Below are positions 22,208 through 34,600 of a DNA stretch of 64,000 nt, piece by piece. Source of the DNA: Octopus sinensis (lineage: Eukaryota); the NCBI RefSeq assembly GCF_006345805.1, contig NW_021832404.1, positions 1 through 64,000 on the forward strand, given 5' to 3'. Both the position numbers and the translations under genes were made by a program. Position 1 is the stretch's first letter; each line of letters begins with the position of its first letter. The notes under the pieces are model-generated. The model did no database searches and was not told the DNA's origin. It was given only the letters and a program-made list of their open reading frames with translations.

Positions 22208-25200
22208 TGTCTCTGTCGGCACCTCTGATCTCTGACATTCCTCACATTCCAAACATTCTTGACATTCCAGGCATTCTTGACATTCCAGACAATCCTGACA
22301 TTACAGACATTCCTGGCTTTCCAGACATTCCTGACATTCCAGACATTCCTGACATTCCAAACATTCCTGACATTCCAGACATTCCTGACATTCCAGACAA
22401 TCCTGACATTCCAGACATTCCTAACATTTGAACCGGTTCGATATGGCTTGATCCATGTTGAACCGGTTTGATCTGGTTTGATCCGGTTTGAACCGATTTG
22501 ATCTGGTTTGAACCGGTTTGATACGGTCTGAACCGGTTTGATCCGGTTTGATCCGGTTTCAACCGGTTTGATCCGGTTTGAACCGGTTTAATCTGGTTTA
22601 TCGGCACCGTCTTTGATCTTTGTTGGCACACTCTTTGATCTCTGACATTCCTGACATTCCAGACATTCCTGACATTCCTGACATTCTAGACATTCCTGAC
22701 ATTCCAGACATTCCGAACATTCCAGACATTCCTGGCATTCCAGACATTCCTGACATTCCAGATATTCCAGACATTCCTCTTTGCCGACAGAGATCAAAGA
22801 GGAGTACCGACAGAGATCAAAGAAGGTGCCGACAGAGATCAAAGAGGGTCCCCATAGAGATCAAAGAGGGTGCCGACAGAGATCAAAGAGGAGTACCGAC
22901 AGAGATCAAAGAAGGTGCCGACAAAGATCAAAGAGGTTGCCCACAGAGATCAAAGAAGGTGCCGAAAGTGATCAAAGAGGAGTTCCGAAAAAGATCGAAG
23001 AGGAGTACCGAAAGAGATCAAAGAGGGTACCGACAGAGATCAAAGAAGGTACCGAAAGAGATCAAAGAGGACTACCGAAAGAGATCAAAGAATGTGCCGA
23101 CAGAGATTAAAGAGGGTGCCGAAAGAGATCAAAGAAGGGCCGACAGAGGTCAAAGAGGAGTACCGAAAATGATCAAAGCTGGTGTCTCTGTCGGCACCTC
23201 TGATCTCTGACATTCCTCACATTATAAACATTCTTGACATTACAGGCATTCCTGACATTCCAGCCATTCCTGACATTACAGACATTCCTGACATTCCAGA
23301 CATTCCTGACATTCCAGACATTCCTGACATTCCGAAAATTCCAGACATTCCTGACATTACTGGCTTCCAGACATTCCTGACATTCCAGACATTCCTGACA
23401 TTCCTGACATTCCTGACATTCCAGTCATTCCTGACATTCCACACATTCCTGACATTCCAGACATTTCAGATATTACTGACATTCCAGACATTCCAGAAAT
23501 CCTGATATTCCTGACATTCCTGACGTTCCAAACATTCCAGACATTCCTGACATCCAGACATTCCTGACATTTGAAACGGTTCGATATGGCTTGATCCAGT
23601 TGAACCGGTTTGATCTGGTTTGATCCGGTTTGAACCGATTTGATCTGGTTTGAACCGGTTTGATACGGTTTGAACCGTTTTGATCCGGTTTGATCCGTTT
23701 CAACCGGTTTGATCCGGTTTGATCCGTTTTCAACCGGTTTGATCCGGTTTGAACCGGTTTAATCTGGTTTATCGGCACCGTCTTTGATCTTTGTTGGCAC
23801 ACTCTTTGATCTCTGACATTCCTGACATTCCAGACATTCCTGACATTCCTGACATTCTAGACATTCCTGACATTCCTGACATCCAGACATTCCGAACATT
23901 CCAGACATTCCTGGCATTCCAGACATTCCTGACATTCCGAAAATTCCAGACATTCCTCTTTGCCGACAGAGATCAAAGAGGAGTACCGACAGAGATCAAA
24001 GAAGGTGCCGACAGAGATCAAAGAGGGTCCCCATAGAGATCAAAGAGGGTGCCCACAGAGATCAAAGAGGAGTACCGACAGAGATCAAAGAAGGTGCCGA
24101 CAAAGATCAAAGAGGTTGCCCACAGAGATCAAAGAAGGTGCCGAAAGTGATCAAAGAGGAGTTCCGAAAAAGATCGAAGAGGAGTACCGAAAGAGATCAA
24201 AGAGGGTACCGACAGAGATCAAAGAGGTACCGAAAGAGATCAAAGAGGACTACCGAAAGAGATCAAAGAATGTGCCGACAGAGATTAAAGAGGGTGCCGA
24301 AAGAGATCAAAGAAGGGCCGACAGAGATCAAAGAGGAGTACCGAAAATGATCAAAGCTGGTGTCTCTGTCGGCACCTCTGATCTCTGACATTCCTCACAT
24401 TATAAACATTCTTGACATTACAGGCATTCCTGACATTCCAGCCATTCCTGACATTACAGACATTCCTGACATTCCAGACATTCCTGACATTCCAGACATT
24501 CCTGACATTCCGAAAATTCCAGACATTCCTGACATTACTGGCTTTCCAGACATTCCTGACATTCCAGACATTCCTGACATTCCTGACATTCCTGACATTC
24601 CAGTCATTCCTGACATTCCACACATTCCTGACATTCCAGACATTTCAGATATTACTGACATTCCAGACATTCCAGAAATCCTGATATTCCTGACATTCCT
24701 GACGTTCCAAACATTCCAGACATTCCTGACATTCCTGACATTCCTGACATTTGAACCGGTTCGATATGGCTTGATCCAGGTTGAACCGGTTTGATCTGGT
24801 TTGATCCGGTTTGAACCGATTTGATCTGGTTTGAACCGGTTTGATACGGTTTGAACCGGTTTGATCCGGTTTGATCCGTTTCAACCGGTTTGATCCGGTT
24901 TCAACCGGTTTGATCCGGTTTAATCTGGTTTATCGGCACCGTCTTTGATCTTTGTCGGCACAAACGTTGATCTCTGACATTTCTGACATTCCAGACATTC
25001 CTGACATTTCAGACATTCCTGACATTCCAGACATTCCTTACATTCCAGACATTCCCGACATTCAAGACATTCCAGACATTCCAGACATTCCTGACATTCC
25101 TGACATTCCAAACATTCCTGACATTCTAGTCATTCCTGACATTCCACACATTCCTGACATTCCAGACATTTCAGATATTACTGACATTCCAGACATTTTA

Positions 25201-25697
25201 GAAATCCTGACATTCCTGACATTCCAAACATTCCAGACATTCCTGACATTCCTGACATTCCTGACATTTGAACCGGTTCGTTATGGCTTGATCCAGGTTG
25301 AACCGGTTTGATCTGGTTTGATCCGGTTTGAACCGATTTGATCTGGTTTGAACCGGCTTGATCCGGTTTGATCCGGTTTCAACCGGTTTGATCCGGTTTA
25401 ATCCGGTTTATCAGCACCGTCTTTGATCTTTGTCGGCACAAACTTTGATCTCTGACATTTCTGACATTCCAGACATTCCTGACATTTCAGACATTCCTGA
25501 CATTCCAGACATTCCTTACATTCCAGACATTCCCGACATTCCCGACATTCCCGACATTCCAGACATTCCTGACATTCCAGACATTCCTGACATTCCTGAC
25601 ATTCCAAACATTCCTGATATTCTAGACATTCCTGATATTCCAGACATTCCTGACATTCCAGATATTCCTGACATTCCAGACATTCCAGAAATCCTGA

Positions 25698-28600
25698 ACA
25701 TTTCAGGGAGGAGGATTTGAAGGTGAAGGTAAGGAATGGGAAGAAGGAATATTTAACATTCCAGGGAGGGGGATTTGAAGGTAAAGGGGAGGAATGGGAA
25801 GAAGGAATATTGATCATTCCAGAGAGAGGGATTTGAAGGTAAAGTGGAGGAATGGGAAGAAGGAATATTGAACATTCCAGAGAGGGGGATTTGAAGGTAA
25901 AGGGGAGGAAAGGGAAGAAGGAATATTGAACATTGCATAGGGGGGGTTTGAAGGTGAAGGGGAGGAATGGGAAGAAGGAATACGGAACATTCCAGAGAGG
26001 GAGATTTCAAGGTAAATTGAGGAATTGGAAGGAGGAATATTGAACATTCCAGAGAAAGGGATTTAAAGAGAAAGGGGAGGAATGGGAAGAAGGAATATTG
26101 AACATTCCAGAGAGGGGGATTTGAAGGTAAAGGGGAGGAATGGGAAGAAGGAATATTGAACATTCCAGGGAGGAGGATTTGATGGTGAAGTTAAGGAATG
26201 GGAAGAAGGATTATTGAACATTCCAGAGAGGGGGATTTGAAGGGAAGGGGGAGGAGTGGGAAGATGGAATATTAAACATTCCAGAGAGGGGGATTTGAAG
26301 GTGAAGGGGAGGAAGGGGAGGAAGGAACATTGAACATTGCAGAGAGGGGGATTTGAAGATGAAGGGGAGGAATGGGAAGAAGGAATATTGAACATTCCAG
26401 AGAGAGGGATTTGAAGGTAAAGGGGAGGAATGGGAAGAAGGAATATTGAACATTCCAGAGAGGGGGATTTAAAGGTGAAAGGGAGGAAGGGGTGGAAGGA
26501 ATATTGAACATTCCAGAGAGGGGGATTTTGAAGGGGAAGGGGAGGAAGGGGAGGAAGGGATACTGAACATTCCAGAGAGGGGGATTTGAAAGTGATCGTG
26601 AGGAAGGGGAGGAAGGAATATTGAACTTCCATCCGGGAGGGGGATTTGAAGGTGAAGGGGAGGAAGTGGAGAATGGAATACTTTACATTCCAGAGAGGGG
26701 GAATTGAAGGTAAAGGGGAGGAATGGGAAGAAGAGAATATTTAACCTTCAAGAGAGGGGGATTTGAAGGTGAAGGTAAGGAATGGGAGAAAGGAATATTG
26801 AACATTCCAGAGAGAGGGATTTGAAGGTAAAGTGGAGGAATGGGAAGAAGGAATATTGAACATTCCAAGAGGGGGATTTTGAAGGGGAAGGGGAGGAAGG
26901 GGAGGAAGGGATACTGAACATTCCAGAGAGGGGGATTTGAAAGTGATCGTGAGGAAGGGGAGGAAGGAATATTGAACATTCCAGGGAGGGGGATTTGAAG
27001 GTGAAGGGGAGGAAGTGGAGAATGGAATACTTTACATTCCAGAGAGGGGGAATTGAAGGTAAAGGGGAGGAATGGGAAGAAGGAATATTTAACCTTCAAG
27101 AGAGGGGGATTTGAAGGTGAAGGTAAGGAATGGGAGAAAGGAATATTGAACATTCGAGAGAGGGATTTGAAGGTAAAGGTGAGGAATGGAAGAAGGAATA
27201 TTGAACATTCCAGAGAGGGGGATTTGAAGGTAAAGGGGAGGAAGGGAAGAAGGAATATTGAACATTGCATAGGGGGTTTGAAGTGAAGGGGAGGAATGGG
27301 AAGAAGGAATACGGAACATTCCAGAGAGGGAGATTTCAAGGTAAATTGAGGAATTGGAAGGAGGAATATTGAACATTTCAGAGAAAGGGACTTAAATGGA
27401 AAGGGGAGGAATAGGAAGAAGGAATATTGAACATTCCAGAGAGGGGGATTTGAAGGTAAAGGGGAGGAATGGGAAGAAGGAATATTGAACATTCCAGGGA
27501 GGAGGATTTGATGGTGAAGTTAAGGAATGGGAAGAAGGATTATTGAACATTCCAGAGAGGGGGATTTTGAAGGAAGGGGGAGGAGTGGGAAGATGGAATA
27601 TTAAACATTCCAGAGAGGGGGATTTGAAGGTGAAGGGGAGGAAGGAACATTGAACATTGCAGAGAGGGGGATTTGAAGATGAAGGGGAGGAATGGAAGAA
27701 GGAATATGAACATTCCAGAGAGAGGGATTTGAAGGTAAAGGGGAGGAATGGGAAGAAGGAATATTGAACATTCCAGAGAGGGGGATTTAAAGGTGAAAGG
27801 GAGGAAGGGGTGGAAGGAATATTGAACATTCCAGAGAGGGGGATTTTGAAGGGGAAGGGGAGGAAGGGGAGGAAGGGATACTGAACATTCCAGAGAGGGG
27901 GATTTGAAGGTGATCGTGAGGAAGGGGAGGAAGGAATATTGAACATTCCAGGGAGGGGGATTTGAAGGTGAAGGGGAGGAAGTGGAGAATGGAATACTTT
28001 ACATTCCAGAGAGGGGGAATTGAAGGTAAAGGGGAGGAATGGGAAGAAGGAATATTTAACCTTCAAGAGAGGGGGATTTGAAGGTGAAGGTAAGGAATGG
28101 GAGAAAGGAATATTGAACATTACAGAAAAGGGGATTTGAAGGTAAAGGGAAGGAATGGGAAGAAGGAATATTGAACATTCCAGTGAGGGGATTTAAAGGT
28201 AAAGGGGTGGAATGGGAAGAAGGAATATTGAATATTCCAGGGAGGAGGATTTGAAGGTGAAGGTAAGGAATGGGAAGAAGGAATATTGAACATTACAGAG
28301 AAGGGGATTTGAAGGTAAAGGGGAGGAATGGGAAGAAGGAATATTGAACATTCCAGAGAGGGGGATTTGAAGGTAATGGGGAGGAATGGGAAGAAGGAAT
28401 ATTTAACCTTTCAAAGAGTGGGATTTGAAGGTGAAGGTAAGGAATGGGAAGAAGGAATATTGAACATTCCAGGGAGGGGGATTTGAAGGTGATTGGGAGG
28501 AATGGGAAGAAGGAATATTGAACATTCCAGAGAGAGGGATTTGCAGGTAAAGTGGAGGAATGGGAAGAAGGAATATTGAACATTCCAGAGAGGGGATTTG

Positions 28601-31600
28601 AAGGTAAAGGGGAGGAATGGGAAGAAGGAATATTGAACATTCCATAGGGGGGATTTGAAGGTGAAGTGGAGGAATGGCAAGAAGTAATATTGAACATTTC
28701 AGAGAGGGGGATTTAAAGGTAAAGGGGAGGAATGGGAATAAGGAATATTCAACATTCCACAGAAGGGGATTTGAAGGTAAAGGGGAGGAATGGGGAGGAG
28801 GAATATTGAACATTCCAGAGAGGGAGATTTGAAGGTAAAGGCGAGGAATGGGAAGAAGGAATATTGAACATTCCAGAGAGGGGGATTTAAAGGGGAAGGT
28901 GAGAAATGGGAAGAAGGAATATTGAACATTCCAGAGAGGGAGATTTGAAGGTAAAGGGGAGGAATGGGAAGAAGGAATATTGAACATTCCAGAGAGGGGG
29001 ATTTGAAGGCGAAGGGGAGGAAGTGGAGAATGGAATACTGAACATTCCAGAGAGGGGGAATTGAAGGTAAATAGGAGGAATGCGAAAAAGGAATATTGAA
29101 CATTACAGAGAAGGGGATTTGAAGGTGAATTGGAGGTAGGGGTGGAAGGAATATTGAACATTCCAGAGAGGGGGATTTGAAGATGAAGGGGAGGAAGGGG
29201 AGGAAGGAATATTGAACATTCCACTGGGGGGATTTGAAGGTGAAGGTGAGGAATGGGAAAAGTAATATTAAACATTCCAGAGACGGAGATTTCAAGGTAA
29301 AGGGGATGAGTGGGAAGAAGGAATATTGAACATTCCAGAGAGGGGGATTTGAAGGTGAAAGGGATGAAGGGGAGGAAGGAATATTGAACGTTCCAGAGAG
29401 GGAGATTTGAAGGTGAAGGGGAGGAAGGGGAGGAAGGAATATTGAACATTCCAGAGAGTGGTATTTGAAAGTGGATAGGAGGATGCAGAGGAGGGAATAC
29501 TGAACATTCCAGAGAGGGGGATTTGAAGGTGAAGGGGAGGAAGGGGAGGAAGGAATATTGAACATACCAGAGAGGGGGATATGAAGGTGAAGGGGAGGAA
29601 GGGGGAAGGAATATTGAACATTCCACAGAGGGGGATTTGAAGGTAAATGGGAAGAATGGGAAGAAGGAATATTTAACATTCCAGGGAGAGGGATTTGAAG
29701 GTAAAGTGGAGGAATGGGAAGAAGGAATATTGAAGATTACAGAGAGGAGTATTTGAAGGTGAAGGGAAGGAATGGGAAGAAGGAATATTGAACATTACAG
29801 AGAAGGGGATTTGAAGGTAAAGGGGAGGAATGGGAAAAAGGAATATTCAACATTCCACAGAGGGGGATTTGTAGGTGAAGGGGAGAAAGGGGAGGAAGGA
29901 AGACTGAACATTCCAGAGAGGAGGATTTGAAGGTAAAGTAAGGAATGGGAAGAAGGAATATCTAACATTCCAGAGAGGGGGATTTGAAGGTGAAGGTAAG
30001 GAATGGGAGAAAGGAATATTGAACATTCCAGGGAGTGGGATTTCAAGGTAAAGGGGAGGAATGGGAAGAAGGAATATTGAACATTCCAGAGAGGGGGATT
30101 TAAAGGTAAATGGGTGGAATGGGAAGAAGGAATTTTGAACATTCCAGAGAAAGGGATTTGAAGGTAAAGAGGAGGAATGGGAAGAAGGAATATTTAACCT
30201 TTCAAAGAGGGGGATATGAAGGCGAAGGTAAGGAATGGGAAGGAGGAATATTGTACATTCCATAGAGGGGGATTTGAAGGTAAAGGGGAGGAATGGGAAG
30301 AAGTAATATTGAAAATTGCAGAGAGGGGGATTTGAAGGTAAAGGGGAGGAATGGGAAGAAGGTATATTGAACATTCCAGAGAGGGTGATTTGAAGGTAAA
30401 GGGGAGGAATGGGAAGAAGGAATATTGAACATTCCACGGAGGAGGATTTGAAGGTGAAGGTAAGGAATGGGAAGAAGGAAAATTGAACATTACAGAGAAG
30501 GGGATTTGAAGGTAAATGGGAGGAATGGGAATAAGGAATATTCAACATTCCACAGAAGGGGATTTGAAAGTGAAGGTGAGGAATGGGAAGAAGGAATATT
30601 GAACATTCCAGAGAAGGGGATTTGAAGGTAAATGGGAGGAATGGGAATAAGGAATATTCAACATTCCACAGAAGGGGATTTGAAGGTGAAGGTGAGGAAT
30701 GGGAAGAAGGAATATTGAACATTCCAGAGAGGGGGATTTGAAGGTGAAGGGGATGAATGTGAAGAAGGAATATTCAACATTCCAGAGAGGGGGATTTGAA
30801 GGTGAAGGGGAGGAAGAGGAGGAAGGAACATTGAACATTGCAGAGAGTGGGATTTGAAGATGAAGGGGAGGAAGGGGAGGAATGAATATTGAACATTCCA
30901 GAGAGGGGTATTTGAAGGTGAAGGGAGGAATGGAAGAAGGATATTCAACATTCCAGAGTGTAGTATGTGAAGGTAAAGGGGAGGAATGGAAAAGGAATAT
31001 TGAACATTCCAGAGAGGGGGATTTGAAGGTGAAGGGGAAGAAGGGAGGAAGGGATACTGAACATTCCAGAGAGGGGATTTGAAGGTGAATTGGAGGTAGG
31101 GGTGGAAGGAATATTGAACATTCCAGAGAGGGGGATTTGAAGATGAAGGGGAGGAAGGGGAGGAAGGAATATTGAACATTCCAGAGAGTGGTATTTGAAG
31201 GTAAACGGGAGGAATGGGAACAAGAAGTATTGAACATAACAGGAGGGGGATTTGAAGGTAAAGGGGAGGAATGGGAAGAAGGAATATTTAACGTTCCAGA
31301 GAGGGGGATTTAAGGTAAAAGGGTGGAATGTGAAGAAGGAATATTGAACATTCCAGAGAAAGGGATTTGAAGGTAAGGGGAGGAATGGGAGAAGGAATAT
31401 TGAACATTACAGGGAGGAGGATTTGAAGGTGAAGGGAAGGAATGGGTAGAAGGAATATTGAACATTCAGAGAAGGGGATTTGAAGGTAAAGGGGAGGAAT
31501 GGGAAGAAGGAATATTCAACATTCCACAGAGGGAGACTTGAAGGTAAATGGGAGGAATGGGAAGAAGGAATATTTAACCTTTCAATGAGGTGGATTTGAA

Positions 31601-34600
31601 GGTGAAGGTAAGGAATGGGAAGAAGGAATATTGAACATGCCAGAGAGGGGGATTTGAAGGTAAAGGGGAGGAATGGGAAGAAGTAATATTGAACATTCCA
31701 GAGAGGGCGATTTGAAGGTAAAGAGGAGGAAGGGGAAGAAGGAATTTTGAACATTCCAGAGGGGGATTTGAAGGTAAAGGGGAGGAATGGGAAGAAGGAA
31801 TATTGAACATTCCATGGAGGAGGATTTGAAGGTGAAGGTAAGGAATGGGAAGAGGTATATTGAACATTACAGAGAAATGGATTTGAAGGTAATGGGAGGA
31901 ATGGGAATAAGGAATATTCAACATTCCACAGAAGGTGATTTGAAGGTAAGGGGAGGAAGGGGAATAAGGAATATTGAACATTCCATAGAGATGGATTTGA
32001 AGGTAAAGGGTAGGAATGGGAAGAAGGAATACTGAACATTCCAGAGAGGGATATTTGAAGGTAAAGGGGAAGAAGGGGAAGAAGAATATTGAACATTCCA
32101 GAGAGGGGATTTGAAGGTAAATGGGAGGAATGGGAAGAAGGAATATTAAACATTCCAGAGAGGGGGATTTGAAGGTGATGGGTAGGAAGGGGAGGAAGGA
32201 ACATGAACATTGCAGAGAGTGGGATTTGGAGGTGAAGGGGAGGAAGGGGAGGAATGAATATTGAACAATCCAGATAGGGGGATTTGAAGGTGAAGGGAGG
32301 AATGGAAGAAGGAATATTCAACATTCCAGAGAGTAGTTGTGAAGGTAAAGGGGAAGAATGGGAAGAAGGAATATTGAACATTACAGAGAGGGGATTTGAA
32401 GGTGAATTGGAGGAAGAGGAGGAAGGAATATTGAACATTCCAGAGAGGGGGATTTGAAGGTGAAGGGGAGGAAGGAATATTGAACATTCCAGAGAGGGGG
32501 ATTTGAAGGTGAAGGGGAGCAAAGGAGGAAGGAATATTGAACATTCCAGAGAGGGGGATTTGAAGATGAAGGGGAGGAAGGGGAGAAGGAATATTGAACA
32601 TTCCAGAGAGGGGGATTTGAAGGTGAAGGGAGGAAGAAATATTGAACATTGTAGAGAGGGGGATATGAAGGTGAAGGGGAGGAAGGGGAGGAAGGAATAT
32701 TGAACATTTCAGAGAGGTGGATTTGAAGTTGAAGGGGAGGAGTGGAGGAAGGAATATTGAACATTCCAGAGAGTGGATTTGAAGGTGAAGGGGAGGAGAG
32801 GAGAATGAATACTGAACATTCCAGAGATGGGGATTTCAAGGTGAATTGGAGTATGGGTGGAAGGAATATTGAACATTCCAGAGAGGGGATTTGAAGATGA
32901 AGGGGAGGAAGGGGAGGAAGGAATATTGAACATTCCACTGGGGGGATTTGAGGTGAAGGGAGGAATGGGAAAAGGAATATTGAACATTCCAGAGACGGAG
33001 ATTTCAAGGTAAAGGGGATGAGTGGGAAAAGGAATATTGAACATTCCAGAGAGGGGGATTTGAAGGTGAAAGGGATGAAGGGGAGAAGGAATATTGAACA
33101 TTCCAGAGAGGAGATTTGAAGGTGAAGGGGAGGAAGGGGGAGGGATATTGAAAATTCCAGAGAGTGGTATTTGAAAGTGAAGGGGAGGAAGGGGAGGAAG
33201 GAATATTGAACATACCAGAGAGGGGGATATGAAGGTGAAGGGGAGGAAGGGGTGGAAGGAATATTGAACATTCCAGAGAGTGGTATTTGAAAGTGAAGGG
33301 GAGGAAGGGGAGAAAGGAATACTGAACATTCCATAGAGGGGGATTTGAAGGTAAAGGGGAGGAATGGGATGGAGGAATATTGAACATTCCAGAGATGGAG
33401 ATTTAAAGGTAAAGGGGTGGAATGGGTAGAAGGAGTATTGAACATTCCAGAGAGAGGGATTTGAAGGTAATGGGGAGGAATGGGAAGAAGGAATATTGAT
33501 CATTCCAGGGAGGAGGATTTGAAGGTGAAGAGAAGGAATGGGAAGAAGGAATATTGAACATTACAGAGAAGGGGATTTGAAGGTATAGGGGAGGAAGAGA
33601 AAGAAGGAATATTCAACATTCCACAGAGGGGGATTTGAAGGTAAACGGGAGGAATGGGAACAAGAAGTATTGAAACATATGTGGAGGGGATTTAAGGTAA
33701 AGGGGAGGGTGGGAAGAAGGAATATTGAAAAGAGAAGGATTTAAAGTAAAAGGGTGGAATGGGAAGAGGAATATTCCAGAGAAAGGGATTTGAAGGTAAG
33801 GGGAAGATGGGAAGAAGGAATATTTGACCATTACAGGGAGGAGGATTTGAAGGTGAAGGGAAGGAATGGGAAGAAGGAATATTGAACATTACATAGAAGG
33901 GATTTGATGGTAAAGGGGAGGAATGGGAAGAAGGAATATTCAACATTCCACAGAGGGAGACTTGAAGGTAAATGGGAGGAATGGGAAGAAGGAATATTTA
34001 ACCTTTCAAGAGGTGGATTTGAAGGTGAAGTAAGGAATGGGAAGAAGGAATATTGAACATTCCAGAGAGGGGGATTTGAAGGTAAAGGGGAGGAATGGGA
34101 TGAAGTAATATTGAACATTCCAGAGAGAGGTGATTTGAAGGTAAAGAGGAGGAATTGGAAGAAGGAATATTGAACATTCCAGAGAGGTGATTTGAAGGCA
34201 AAGGGGAGGAATGGGAAGAAGGAATATTGAACATTCCATGGAGGAGGATGTGAAGGTGAAGGTAAGGAATGGAGGAAGGAATATTGAACATTACAGAGAA
34301 AGGGATTTGAAGGTAAATGGGAGGAAGGGAATAAAGAATATTCAACATTCCAAGAAGGGGGATTTGAAGGTAGGGGAGGAAGGGGAAGAAGGAATATTGA
34401 ACATTCCATAGAGATGTATTTGAAGGTAAAGGGGAGGAATGGGAAGAAGGAATATTGCATCCAGAGGGGATATTTGAAGGTAAAGGGGAGGAGGGGAAGA
34501 AGAATATTGAACATTCCAGAGAGGTGGATTTGAAGGTAAATGGGAGGAATGGAAGAAGGAATATTAACATTCCAGAGAGGGGGATTTGAAGGTGAAGGCT

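Larger units (their letters stand above)
18548..25697. repeat. Modular composite satellite of three units (A ~22-25 bp, B 10 bp, C 9 bp) with higher-order cycles
   Basis: Blocks alternate C->B->A->C with conserved junction sequences; ~1.0-1.18-kb super-units at 22.2/23.2/24.4 kb. Confidence 0.95.

Noticed and set aside
19788-25697. (DIP)n and collagen-like (GMS)n ORFs from the 9-mer; main variation sits at a synonymous position
   Set aside because: The GMS frame contains stops. The DIP frame cannot reach a stop by a single change, so its openness is uninformative. Frames break at B blocks, and I saw no signal peptide or splice structure. The A/T variation is equally explained by the degenerate position of a TEAD motif.
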